A DNA stretch of 64,000 nt from an uncultured virus (IMG/VR IMGVR_UViG_3300027582_000004) (Duplodnaviria; Heunggongvirae; Uroviricota; Caudoviricetes), in the IMG/VR virus record IMGVR_UViG_3300027582_000004; one strand, 5' to 3'. Made by a program: the position numbers and the translations under genes. Below the pieces are notes generated by a model. That model saw only the letters and a list, made by a program, of their open reading frames with translations, searched no databases and had not been told where the DNA came from. How positions within the stretch are numbered: the first letter of the stretch is position 1; each line of letters begins with the position of its first letter. Of this stretch, positions 20,380 through 29,548 are shown piece after piece.

Positions 20380-20767
20380 TCAACATTTCCTCTTTATAGT
20401 ATTCGTATATGTCTGGTACCATACCTTTAGATTCGTTCCATTCCATTTTATCTAATATAGCATCATATGTTTCTTCATCTTGCCAGTAAGGTACAAAGTG
20501 TGGATCATTATTAAAAAGCAAGTCTTCGTCATTAAGTGCATGATAAAATGGTTCCTGAAAATCATGACCAAGCCAGTATGCATAGCATATAGCAACTACA
20601 TAAGATTTGGCTGGATATATCCACTCATCAACATACTGAGTAAAATGTTTAAGAGCATCTTCAACTACAGTATTAGGTCTCCAAACAGTTTCTATGTTAG
20701 TCAGATCATCCTTAAAAAGAGATGCCGTCATGTGGTATGCCGCTTGTCTGGCTTTCCATTCTTTCAT
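20366..20767 (-). CDS. Hypothetical protein in rSAM cluster, 133 aa
   Basis: ORF overlapping both rSAM neighbours on the same strand; aromatic/acidic; no motif recognised. Confidence 0.65.
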   Translation of the reverse strand: MKEWKARQAAYHMTASLFKDDLTNIETVWRPNTVVEDALKHFTQYVDEWIYPAKSYVVAICYAYWLGHDFQEPFYHALNDEDLLFNNDPHFVPYWQDEETYDAILDKMEWNESKGMVPDIYEYYKEEMLIGQL

Positions 20768-21662
20768 AATATTCTAATAATCCTTTATATCCATTACAAC
20801 TGTTTGTTAAATCTTTTACATAACGATAATGTTCTGTTAGACAATTACCATAGTATTTACACTTTTTACATATATCTGATAGATTTTTTTCTGGTTCTTC
20901 TTTTGCCCATTGTTTGTATTCGTGATACGAATCGTACTCTTTAAAGTATTCTTTATCGTACTGGTCAAATTCTAATACACCAAATTTACCAGATGGTGTA
21001 ATATACACATGGTCATTAGAGAATGCATCATATTCTCTATCTATACTCCTGTAGATATTGTGAATATTTTGAAAGTCAAAATTCTTAGCTGTCTTGGCTT
21101 CATCAAACCTAATTACAAAGTCCTCAAAGTCTTTATGGGTAACAGGGTGAGCATTTGCTTGGTTAATAGAGTAAGGCTTGATTTCTACAGAAGTCACGTT
21201 GTAAATCATATTAAGTGTAAAGACCATGAACTCAACATCCATTTCTAAAACTTTAGGCGATGCTAAGATAAGAACAGAAATTTCTTTATCAGTCTTCATC
21301 ATATTATCTAATACAAATTGTTCTTTCTCGCGAGCATGAAAGTCATATGATACAGATAAAGTCACATCTTCATCACGGAAGAAATCTGGAAAGGCAGATA
21401 GATTTGTATTAATATTAATTGGTCCGTCATAGTATGTACGAATAACGTCCTTAATAGAATAATAATAATCTGAAGAAAGTAGACCTATTTCACCACCATA
21501 TAAATCAACGTGACTAATAGGATCTGTTATTTGTTGCATCGAGTTGTGTAACCACAATGGTGTTATCTTATGTCTATCGCCTAGCTGAGCCTCTGTTAGA
21601 TAGCAAAAGTCACATCTAAAATTGCAATAGTAAGTTGGATTAATGGATAGATTCATCGACAT
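20712..21662 (-). CDS. Radical SAM protein 8
   Basis: CNFRCDFC; YGGEIG; C-terminal CKKC-x5-C...C. Confidence 0.85.
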   Translation of the reverse strand: MSMNLSINPTYYCNFRCDFCYLTEAQLGDRHKITPLWLHNSMQQITDPISHVDLYGGEIGLLSSDYYYSIKDVIRTYYDGPININTNLSAFPDFFRDEDVTLSVSYDFHAREKEQFVLDNMMKTDKEISVLILASPKVLEMDVEFMVFTLNMIYNVTSVEIKPYSINQANAHPVTHKDFEDFVIRFDEAKTAKNFDFQNIHNIYRSIDREYDAFSNDHVYITPSGKFGVLEFDQYDKEYFKEYDSYHEYKQWAKEEPEKNLSDICKKCKYYGNCLTEHYRYVKDLTNSCNGYKGLLEYYERMESQTSGIPHDGISF

Positions 21663-22677
21663 ATGGTGTCACTCCATCAGGGCTCATTCCGTTTATCTCA
21701 AGTATGCGAGGGGCTAATGTTTTCATCTGCTTACAGTGATCCTCTACAATACCTTCTCTTTTCATATCTCGCACGGTTTTCTTACAGCCATTACATATTT
21801 CAAACATAGGACAAGTATAGCAAGCCATTTTCATAGTCTGTATATTAGGATCATCTTGAAGAGGTGTCTGCATCTCACCATTCATCTCAGTCTCAAAATC
21901 AATAGGATAATCCATATCATCAGCAAAAGAGCCACAAGAGTAATAGTCACCACCTGGGTTCATAGCTCTAATACCCGTATCACATAATCTATTCTGAGGG
22001 CAAGATGTTGCTGATCCACCGAGGCGTTTCATCATTTGCTTTGTATTATATTCGTGATCTGCTAATCCCATATCATATATTTTAATATACGTCTCGTATA
22101 TCTTAGATAGTCGATATGTGGTACCTTGCACACCAGAAGCCATAGCATAATTTAATTTACACTCAACACCCATTTCTTTTGCTAACTCAACATTCTTAAT
22201 AGCAAGGTGTTCGTTCTCATCTGTTATGACGGCAATAAAGTCTGGTCTTTCTCCAGTATGTTTAAGCATAGCATTAGATACCATCCAGAAATCACTCTCA
22301 GTAAATTCTGAATAGTCACCTTTTAATCTACCACCACCATATTGAAATGATGTAGCACAACCAAATCTTTCATTCTGAAATATAGGAAGCCATTTCTCTG
22401 GTCGCATTAAGAAAGGCCATAAATTAGATGTAAAAGATATAGATGCTTTATAATCATGCTCATCTAAGTGGTCGATTAGTTCTTGATACCATTCTGGTTT
22501 GACCATAAGAGGATCGCCACCATTAACAATAATGGTATTGCAATCTGGCCATCTTTCAAGAAACTTGTAGATATAGTTTAAGTCTAATAAACCAACCTCA
22601 TTAGGATCGATATCAGTAGACGAACAGAAAGTACATTTAAAGTTACAAGCCTCTGTTGGTTTTACAATTAGATCCAT
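21640..22677 (-). CDS. Radical SAM/SPASM protein 9
   Basis: KPTEACNFKCTFC; NGGDPL; CPQNRLC...YSC...CYTCPMFEICNGC...C. Confidence 0.9.
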   Translation of the reverse strand: MDLIVKPTEACNFKCTFCSSTDIDPNEVGLLDLNYIYKFLERWPDCNTIIVNGGDPLMVKPEWYQELIDHLDEHDYKASISFTSNLWPFLMRPEKWLPIFQNERFGCATSFQYGGGRLKGDYSEFTESDFWMVSNAMLKHTGERPDFIAVITDENEHLAIKNVELAKEMGVECKLNYAMASGVQGTTYRLSKIYETYIKIYDMGLADHEYNTKQMMKRLGGSATSCPQNRLCDTGIRAMNPGGDYYSCGSFADDMDYPIDFETEMNGEMQTPLQDDPNIQTMKMACYTCPMFEICNGCKKTVRDMKREGIVEDHCKQMKTLAPRILEINGMSPDGVTPYVDESIH

Positions 22678-23699
22678 TCTTTTTCTTTCGCAAGTTTCAT
22701 CATTAAAGTTTTAGGAGCAGGGCATACATCATCCATCCATACTAGCTGATGACAGTCTGAATGGCAATACATAAACACAGGGCAAGAATAACATCTTGGA
22801 TCACGCTCATGTTGTTCACACGAAATAATTTCCATACGTTTAGGGCTTAGTCTTACTTCTTTTGCTGGAGTATCTATATGTCCATAATGCATAGTAGGTG
22901 CTGTATTAGGGCAACCTGCTACTGTACCATCTGCATTTATGGTATGTATCTTTTGCTCACAATCACGACAGAACGTACCTATTCTAAATTGCCCTGCGCT
23001 AAACTTCTCATATACAGATTGCATAAAACCATTTTCAACTGGATGGTTTTCAGTCTGCTCATGCATTAACATCCACCAATCATCTAAATCTTTATTATGA
23101 GGAAAAATATCTGTATTGATAGTAGCGTTACCATCATGAGTTAGCCTCTCATATGATATTTCTCTTATGCCTAGCGAATGCATATAGTCTGCAATATCTA
23201 TAGGCTGTAATTTTATAACGTCTTTAGATACAGATATAAAGCATTTTAGAGAATGGCCAAGTGATGTGAGATGCTTAACATTATTCTCCCACATCTTTCT
23301 TTGATGCTCATTAGTAAAACGTATGTTAGGATCCCATGACGTACCTATATTACCGCCTGTGATAACCTCATCAAAGAACGCTAGTTTTTCTTCTGTAAGT
23401 TTAAAAACAAGGTTAGTGGTTATACCATGAGTAGCCCTATCACCCCATTGTGCTTTTGTTATATCATGAAACTCACGTAGGTTTGCCATAGGAGCCAACA
23501 TAGGCTCACCACCATGATATTCTAAATGTATAAGGTTATCGCCTGTGTCTAATTCATTACACCAGTTAGCTGTTTTAACATGATCAAAGTAAATCTTTCT
23601 ACCATTCATACCAGATGTAAAACAATGGGCGCAATTTAGATTACAAGTTTCAGTCGTTTTTATGTATACTACTGAGTGTGTTTGTGTCGTTAATGCCAT
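22668..23699 (-). CDS. Radical SAM/SPASM protein 10
   Basis: KTTETCNLNCAHC; HGGEPM; CRDC...GCP...CYSCPVFMYCHSDC...C. Confidence 0.9.
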   Translation of the reverse strand: MALTTQTHSVVYIKTTETCNLNCAHCFTSGMNGRKIYFDHVKTANWCNELDTGDNLIHLEYHGGEPMLAPMANLREFHDITKAQWGDRATHGITTNLVFKLTEEKLAFFDEVITGGNIGTSWDPNIRFTNEHQRKMWENNVKHLTSLGHSLKCFISVSKDVIKLQPIDIADYMHSLGIREISYERLTHDGNATINTDIFPHNKDLDDWWMLMHEQTENHPVENGFMQSVYEKFSAGQFRIGTFCRDCEQKIHTINADGTVAGCPNTAPTMHYGHIDTPAKEVRLSPKRMEIISCEQHERDPRCYSCPVFMYCHSDCHQLVWMDDVCPAPKTLMMKLAKEKEWI

Positions 23700-24120
23700 A
23701 ACTGTATGTTAATGCCTTCTCATAATTTATTGCTCTATGTTCTACACCAGCTCTCAAAAACATATTTTGACCTGGGCTCATATGATATTCACCGTTGAAT
23801 GTTTCAATACATTTGGATCCGTCTATAACTTCTATTATAACATTAACCGGATCAGAGTGTAATGGGAAAGTAGGTCCACCTGCTGGCGAATAAAATATAT
23901 GTATAGTACCATTTTCAATATATTTAAACTGCTCATAACCTTCTATCTTAATAGTGTCATCACCGCTCATCCACAGGTCGGTTATTTTACCTCTGTAGGC
24001 CCATATATCTGTTTGTTCTATATATCGTTGTCTTTGATGTTCATCTATAAAAGATACCAAGCATTTTTCAAAACAATCTTCTGACAACAGAAATTCGTAA
24101 AATTCATCAAATGATTTCAT
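23650..24120 (-). CDS. JmjC/cupin-type Fe(II)/2OG oxygenase-like protein
   Basis: FPLHSD (HxD)...GSK...EHRA motif set; probable start ATG at 24120. Confidence 0.6.
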   Translation of the reverse strand: MKSFDEFYEFLLSEDCFEKCLVSFIDEHQRQRYIEQTDIWAYRGKITDLWMSGDDTIKIEGYEQFKYIENGTIHIFYSPAGGPTFPLHSDPVNVIIEVIDGSKCIETFNGEYHMSPGQNMFLRAGVEHRAINYEKALTYSYGINDTNTLSSIHKND

Positions 24121-24185
24121 AATAGCCCTTGTTAAGTACATTATATATACCATTATATATACAGATATAATATGAGGAATGCGAA

Positions 24186-24752
24186 ATGGTTTTAATTGAT
24201 AACCTATGGCCTACACAAATAGGTAGCGGTAAGTTTGACACTACAGGATTAGTAGAACATATATTCACCCATCACAATATGTCTAATCCTCCGAATGATC
24301 TCAGCGGATATAATATATTAGATGATGATAATAGTGAAGTAATGAATAAATTTAAAAGCACCGCATATGATTGCTTTGATTCATACTTAACTAAAACAAT
24401 AGGTCGTCCTATTAGTGATTGGAATAACTATAGTCTCAAGGGGTGGCTTACTGGTCAAGGTAAACACTATAGTATGGCTAAACATAATCATGCTGGGTGT
24501 CAACTATCTGGAGTATTTTATATACTAGCAGAAGATCAAACCTCTGGAGGAGAGATAGTATTCTCTGATCCTAGATCAAATTGCAACAGAGGTTATGATC
24601 CTTATTTTAAACCAATGTTTGACAATCATATACATGCTCCGAAGACAGGGGACTTTATGATCTTTCCGAGTTTTACTTATCACGCCGTTAATCCATTCTT
24701 CTCAGAACTAAGAATATGCATGCCAGTGGATCTGTTTCTTAACAGACAATAA
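24186..24752 (+). CDS. 2OG-Fe(II) oxygenase superfamily protein
   Basis: HNH..QLSGVFY...F.DPR...IFPS...HAV.P...R motif pattern common in marine phage oxygenases. Confidence 0.8.
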   Translation: MVLIDNLWPTQIGSGKFDTTGLVEHIFTHHNMSNPPNDLSGYNILDDDNSEVMNKFKSTAYDCFDSYLTKTIGRPISDWNNYSLKGWLTGQGKHYSMAKHNHAGCQLSGVFYILAEDQTSGGEIVFSDPRSNCNRGYDPYFKPMFDNHIHAPKTGDFMIFPSFTYHAVNPFFSELRICMPVDLFLNRQ

Positions 24753-24763
24753 AGGAATAAATT

Positions 24764-26692
24764 ATGAAAAAGATAATTATCAATTTAAAGAAGCGTCACG
24801 ATAGACTAGCCAATTTTAAAGCAAAGCATCAGTGGTTAGAAGACTATGATGTACTAGAAGCTGTTGATGGTAATACCATTACTCATGAGAAAATGCTAAA
24901 GAACGAATTTAGTATTAACCATAAGTGGAGAGATCCATTTAAAAATAGACGTATCACAAAAGGTGAAGTAGGCTGTTTCTTATCTCATTATAAAGCATGG
25001 CAACAAGTTGTACAGCATGGTAAACCTTGTATTATATTTGAAGATGATGCAATCATTGATAAAAATTTATGGAAAGAAAATGATTGGGGCGAATGGATAG
25101 ATGAGCATAATATTGATGTTTTATATCTAGGTCATAATGAGAATGAATATGGAGCTAGGAAAGACGGTGCAAGACCAGAATTAGTTAAACCTGGATATCC
25201 ATACAACTTACATGCTTATATTCTTACTGTGCATATGGCTAATGAATTACTCAATACAGGATTTCATACTGAAATTATTCCAGTAGATGAAGTTGTTGCA
25301 GGTAAAGTTTTAACTCATAACATACAAGCACTTGAAACAGAAGCTGTCACACAAGAGAGCAGAGCAGTGATGGGATCAGATATTGAACCTCAAAGTCACG
25401 ATGATTGGTTTCAAAACTTCAATGTACATGCAATTACAGTAGGAACTGATAGAAAGAAATGTGCTGCACTTAATGATAGTGCGGCGATAAATGGCTTTAG
25501 TGTTAAGAACTTGGGTACCAATGTCGATTGGCATGGTACTGATATGGAGGGTCCAGGTGGAGGACATAAGGTAAACCTAGTTAGAAACTATTTAGATCAG
25601 TTGCCTGAAAATGATGTTGTACTATTTACAGATGCATATGATGTGTTCTTTATAAACGGCTTACAAGAAATTACTAAACGTTGGATGGATGCTTCTGTAG
25701 AAATTCTATTTGGATCAGAAGCATCGTGTTGGCCAGATGAAAGTATGACGATCAAGCATCCAGAGACTGGCTTATCTAAATATAGGTTCTTAAATAGTGG
25801 CCAATATATTGGTAGAGTAGGAGCTTTAAAAGACTTCTTTGCTGAACGATTAAATGATTCAGATGATGATCAGTTGTATATGCAAAGGGTATGGTTAAAT
25901 GATACTACCAAATTCTCTGTAGGTTTAGATTACGAACAATATATTTTCCAAACTCATGAACCTGCATGCCAAGTACATAATGAATTATATAACCCTATTA
26001 CTAATACTGTACCTTGCTTATATCATGGTAATGGTGGTCCTGAAGCTAAGATACTATTCAATGAACTATGGCAAACTGTTTATTCAAAAAAGATGGCAGA
26101 TCAAAACCCTGTTATTCCTGTTGCTGATACTAAAGTAACATCTCCTATGTTTATTCCACATCAAGGTAAGATTGATATTATTGATAAAGATATGTTTATT
26201 ATTGACTTTATGACTCAGAGTCAATGTGAGAGACTTATTGAAATGGGTGATAATCATGGTGAATGGGCTCCTATGCCAGAAGATAAGTTTCCTGCATATG
26301 AAATTAGGGTAAAAGAATTAGGTTTCTGGGATGAGATGAGTAATCATTGGCAAGAACATGTCGTACCTATTGTTGAGAAGTATTGGAAGCCAATTGAGAT
26401 GTATGGTATGCGAGATGCATTTATTATGCGATATTCAGTGGATACTCAAAAGAGTTTACCTTTACACAACGATGCATCTCTTGTAACAGGTTCAGTAAAA
26501 CTTAATGATGATTATAAAGGTGCTTCTTTAGTTTACCCTAGGCAAGGTGTGAATAATGATGATGTACCATGCGGTAAGATGATCCTATTCCCTGGATTAG
26601 TTACTCACGGTCACGAATGTACTGAATTAACAGAAGGGGTAAAATATAGTTTTACTATGTGGACTCAACGTTATCCCGGAGATGTAAATTGA
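24764..26692 (+). CDS. Fusion protein: GT25 glycosyltransferase + PLOD-type glycosyltransferase + lysyl-hydroxylase-like 2OG-Fe(II) domain, 642 aa
   Basis: GT25: INL..R.DR, AVDG, GEVGCFLSH, FEDDA. PLOD GT: GGGHKV, LFTDAYDV, CWPD, RFLNSG, DDDQLY, HGNG. Hydroxylase: RY...Q.SLPLHNDAS...FPG.VTHGHE...G.KY. Confidence 0.85.
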   Translation: MKKIIINLKKRHDRLANFKAKHQWLEDYDVLEAVDGNTITHEKMLKNEFSINHKWRDPFKNRRITKGEVGCFLSHYKAWQQVVQHGKPCIIFEDDAIIDKNLWKENDWGEWIDEHNIDVLYLGHNENEYGARKDGARPELVKPGYPYNLHAYILTVHMANELLNTGFHTEIIPVDEVVAGKVLTHNIQALETEAVTQESRAVMGSDIEPQSHDDWFQNFNVHAITVGTDRKKCAALNDSAAINGFSVKNLGTNVDWHGTDMEGPGGGHKVNLVRNYLDQLPENDVVLFTDAYDVFFINGLQEITKRWMDASVEILFGSEASCWPDESMTIKHPETGLSKYRFLNSGQYIGRVGALKDFFAERLNDSDDDQLYMQRVWLNDTTKFSVGLDYEQYIFQTHEPACQVHNELYNPITNTVPCLYHGNGGPEAKILFNELWQTVYSKKMADQNPVIPVADTKVTSPMFIPHQGKIDIIDKDMFIIDFMTQSQCERLIEMGDNHGEWAPMPEDKFPAYEIRVKELGFWDEMSNHWQEHVVPIVEKYWKPIEMYGMRDAFIMRYSVDTQKSLPLHNDASLVTGSVKLNDDYKGASLVYPRQGVNNDDVPCGKMILFPGLVTHGHECTELTEGVKYSFTMWTQRYPGDVN

Positions 26693-26700
26693 TATAAATA
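26693..26700 (+). promoter_or_regulatory. T4-type late promoter (TATAAATA)
   Basis: Exact consensus upstream of gp13. Confidence 0.75.
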
Positions 26701-26732
26701 GAACTAAATAATATACATATTGGGAAAATGGA

Positions 26733-27485
26733 ATGGCAAACCCTAATTCAAGACAAAGTTTAATTGATTACTGCTTGAGACGCTTAGGCGATCCAGTTAT
26801 TGAGATTAATGTTGATGAAGATCAATTAGAAGATAGGGTTGACGAAGCAATCCAATACTGGCAAGAGTATAACTCAGATGCCACAAAAATGGTATATTTA
26901 AAGCATCAAGTTACAGCAGATGATGTCACTAATAAGTATATTCCTATCCCATCAGATTATATATTTGTAAAAAGATTGTTGCCTATTAGTAATGGTTCTG
27001 GAGGCAGCAACTTTATGTCTCTGAACTATCAGCTAAGACTTAATGACTTGGCTAATATGGGAACATATCTTGGTGATATGACTTACTATAATCAGCTACA
27101 GATGCACTTAGATTATATACAGCAATCATTAGTAGGTCAACCACAAGTTACTTTTGCTCAATATGAAGGTAGAATGTATCTACATGGCGAATTCGAAATG
27201 AATTCAATACAAGCAGGGCAATATCTAATAGCAGAAGCATATCAGTTAATTGATCCAGATACTAATACATCAGCATATAATGATAAGTGGTTGAAGTCTT
27301 ATACGACAGCACTTATTAAACAACAGTGGGGACAGAACCTAAGTAAGTTTGAGGGAATGCAATTGCCTGGTGGTGTTACTATGAATGGTATGCAAATTCT
27401 TAATGATGCTACAGAGGAGATCAGACGGCTTGAGGAAGAAATTAGATTGACTCATGAACTTCCAGCTGACTTCTTTATAGGATAA
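26733..27485 (+). CDS. gp13: Neck protein gp13
   Basis: LIDYCLRRLG.PVIEINV; LPGGVT.NG; synteny. Confidence 0.9.
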   Translation: MANPNSRQSLIDYCLRRLGDPVIEINVDEDQLEDRVDEAIQYWQEYNSDATKMVYLKHQVTADDVTNKYIPIPSDYIFVKRLLPISNGSGGSNFMSLNYQLRLNDLANMGTYLGDMTYYNQLQMHLDYIQQSLVGQPQVTFAQYEGRMYLHGEFEMNSIQAGQYLIAEAYQLIDPDTNTSAYNDKWLKSYTTALIKQQWGQNLSKFEGMQLPGGVTMNGMQILNDATEEIRRLEEEIRLTHELPADFFIG

Positions 27486-27487
27486 TC

Positions 27488-28390
27488 ATGGCACGTAATC
27501 TTTACTTTTCGGATGGTCATAGACCAGAACAACTATTACATGAGGATCTAATCATAGAGGCCATGCAGATTTATGGCCACGATTTATATTATATGCCTCG
27601 TGATCTAGTAAATGTTGATTCAGTCTTTAAGGAAGATCCAGTAGGATCATTTAACTCAAGTTATAAAGTTGAAATGTATGTTGAGAACTTAGATGGCTTT
27701 GATGGTGAAGGTGATCTGTTTAGTAAGTTTGGTGTTGAGATTAGAGACTCAGTTACACTTGTATTATCTAAAAGACGTTGGAATGCAACAGTAAATAAAT
27801 ACGACAACGAAATTACATCTTCAAGACCTCTCGAGGGCGATCTTGTCTATACACCTTTTTCTAATAAACTGTTCCAGATTATGCATGTTGAACATGAACA
27901 GCCATTCTATCAACTAAACAACTTACCAATTTATAAGTTGCGATGTGAACTGTTTGAATATAACGATGAGAATATTGATACCGGTATACCGAATATTGAT
28001 CAAATAGAATTGGATCATGCTTATAAACATCAATTAACAGTAAATGTTGATAGTGATGGTAAACAATTTATTCCTGGTGAAACAATCACATTTGATACAC
28101 TTAGTGATGGTACTATAATGACTGCTCAAGTATCAACTTGGAATGATTCAGATAATATGTTAAATATTATTCAGCTTGCTACAAACAATGGTACTTTCAA
28201 AGAACCAGCCACTGGTTATTTTGTAACTGGAGACGCAAGTACAACTAGAGCGCAGATTACTAAAGCAACTGAGACTGCAGATAAACAAGCACAGAATGAT
28301 ATATTCTCTATAGAAATAGAGGACTTTGTTGATTTCTCTGAAACTAATCCATTTGGAGAAATAGCACAATCTGGAGGGCATGAACACTAA
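27488..28390 (+). CDS. gp14: Neck protein gp14
   Basis: GFDGEGDLFSKFG.EIRD; EGDLVY.P; FSETNPFG. Confidence 0.9.
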   Translation: MARNLYFSDGHRPEQLLHEDLIIEAMQIYGHDLYYMPRDLVNVDSVFKEDPVGSFNSSYKVEMYVENLDGFDGEGDLFSKFGVEIRDSVTLVLSKRRWNATVNKYDNEITSSRPLEGDLVYTPFSNKLFQIMHVEHEQPFYQLNNLPIYKLRCELFEYNDENIDTGIPNIDQIELDHAYKHQLTVNVDSDGKQFIPGETITFDTLSDGTIMTAQVSTWNDSDNMLNIIQLATNNGTFKEPATGYFVTGDASTTRAQITKATETADKQAQNDIFSIEIEDFVDFSETNPFGEIAQSGGHEH

Positions 28391-29172
28391 TGTTAGGTAC
28401 TTATTTTTATCACGAAAGAATTAGAAAGACAGTCGCCTTATTTGGTTCACTGTTTACTAAGATTCATGTTATGAGAACAACAAGTGCTGGTGCTAGTATT
28501 AATCAAGTACGAGTACCTTTATCTTATTCTCCTAGGTCAAAGTTTCTGGCAAGATTAGAACAGGTAGAAAATCTACCTGGTGACGAAACTGTTGCTATTA
28601 AACTTCCACGTATGTCTTTTGAAATGACTGCAATATCATATGATTCAACTAGGCAGCTTTCTAAAACTAATAACGCACTAGTTGCTGGTGCATCTGGCAC
28701 ATCTACTGGTAGGAGTAAGATTAGACAATCTACACCATATATTATTAACTTTTCTTTGAATGTTTATACTAATAACCAAGATGACGCCTTACAGATTGTA
28801 GAGCAGATTGTACCATACTTTGCACCTCAATATACAGTAACTATTAAACCATATAAAGAACACCCTAGTATAAAGGAAGATGTTCCTATTACTTTACAAT
28901 CAGTTTCTTTTATAAATGAATTTGAAGGACAACAAGAGTCACGGCAGTATGTACAATATGTACTTGACTTTGAAGTTAAAATTAACTTTACTGGTCCTAT
29001 TGATGAAGGTAAAGTTATTACTAAAGCTATTACAGAATTTGAATTTGAAAAAGGCACTAAACATCTTACAACTACTATTACACCAAACCCTAGTACAATC
29101 TATTATGATTCAGACTATGGTTTTACTTCAACCTATGACTATGCGGATATAATTAGTGATGACTCAGCCTAG
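28390..29172 (+). CDS. gp15: Tail sheath stabiliser/completion protein gp15
   Basis: YFYHERIRK...FGSLF; LPRMSFE; QIVEQIVPYF.P. Confidence 0.9.
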   Translation: MLGTYFYHERIRKTVALFGSLFTKIHVMRTTSAGASINQVRVPLSYSPRSKFLARLEQVENLPGDETVAIKLPRMSFEMTAISYDSTRQLSKTNNALVAGASGTSTGRSKIRQSTPYIINFSLNVYTNNQDDALQIVEQIVPYFAPQYTVTIKPYKEHPSIKEDVPITLQSVSFINEFEGQQESRQYVQYVLDFEVKINFTGPIDEGKVITKAITEFEFEKGTKHLTTTITPNPSTIYYDSDYGFTSTYDYADIISDDSA

Positions 29173-29548
29173 TGACGATAAAGTACAAAATGACTATGAG
29201 AAGTCAAGGGATACTTACTACGACCTAATTGACAAGGGTAAAGATGCTCTTGAGATGATGATGGAAGTAGCAAGAGAATCAGAGCATCCTCGTGCCTTTG
29301 AAGTCTTATCTGGTCTAATGAAAAATATTGCTGATGTAAATGATAAGGTTATGGATCTAAATAAGAAACATAAAGACATCAATAAGGAAGATACTCCTTT
29401 ACCAGTAGAATCAAAAACAACTAATAATATGTTTATAGGTTCGACTGCAGACTTACAAAAGATGTTGCAGCAAGCAAATAAACCAACAGAATTAAAAGAT
29501 AACGTAATTGATATAACTCCTAGATTAAATGATGATGAACAACACTGA
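29156..29548 (+). CDS. gp16: Terminase small subunit gp16
   Basis: ESEHPRAFEV; NNMFIGSTADLQK; synteny. Confidence 0.9.
   Translation: MMTQPSDDKVQNDYEKSRDTYYDLIDKGKDALEMMMEVARESEHPRAFEVLSGLMKNIADVNDKVMDLNKKHKDINKEDTPLPVESKTTNNMFIGSTADLQKMLQQANKPTELKDNVIDITPRLNDDEQH

Noticed and set aside
10661..23699. rSAM genes as cofactor or base-modification enzymes (QueE, NrdG, MoaA, PqqE)
   Set aside because: None of the partner genes (queC/queD/folE, nrdD, moaC, pqqBCD) was recognised in the window, and the number and context point to peptide/protein substrates. Not formally excluded without a search.
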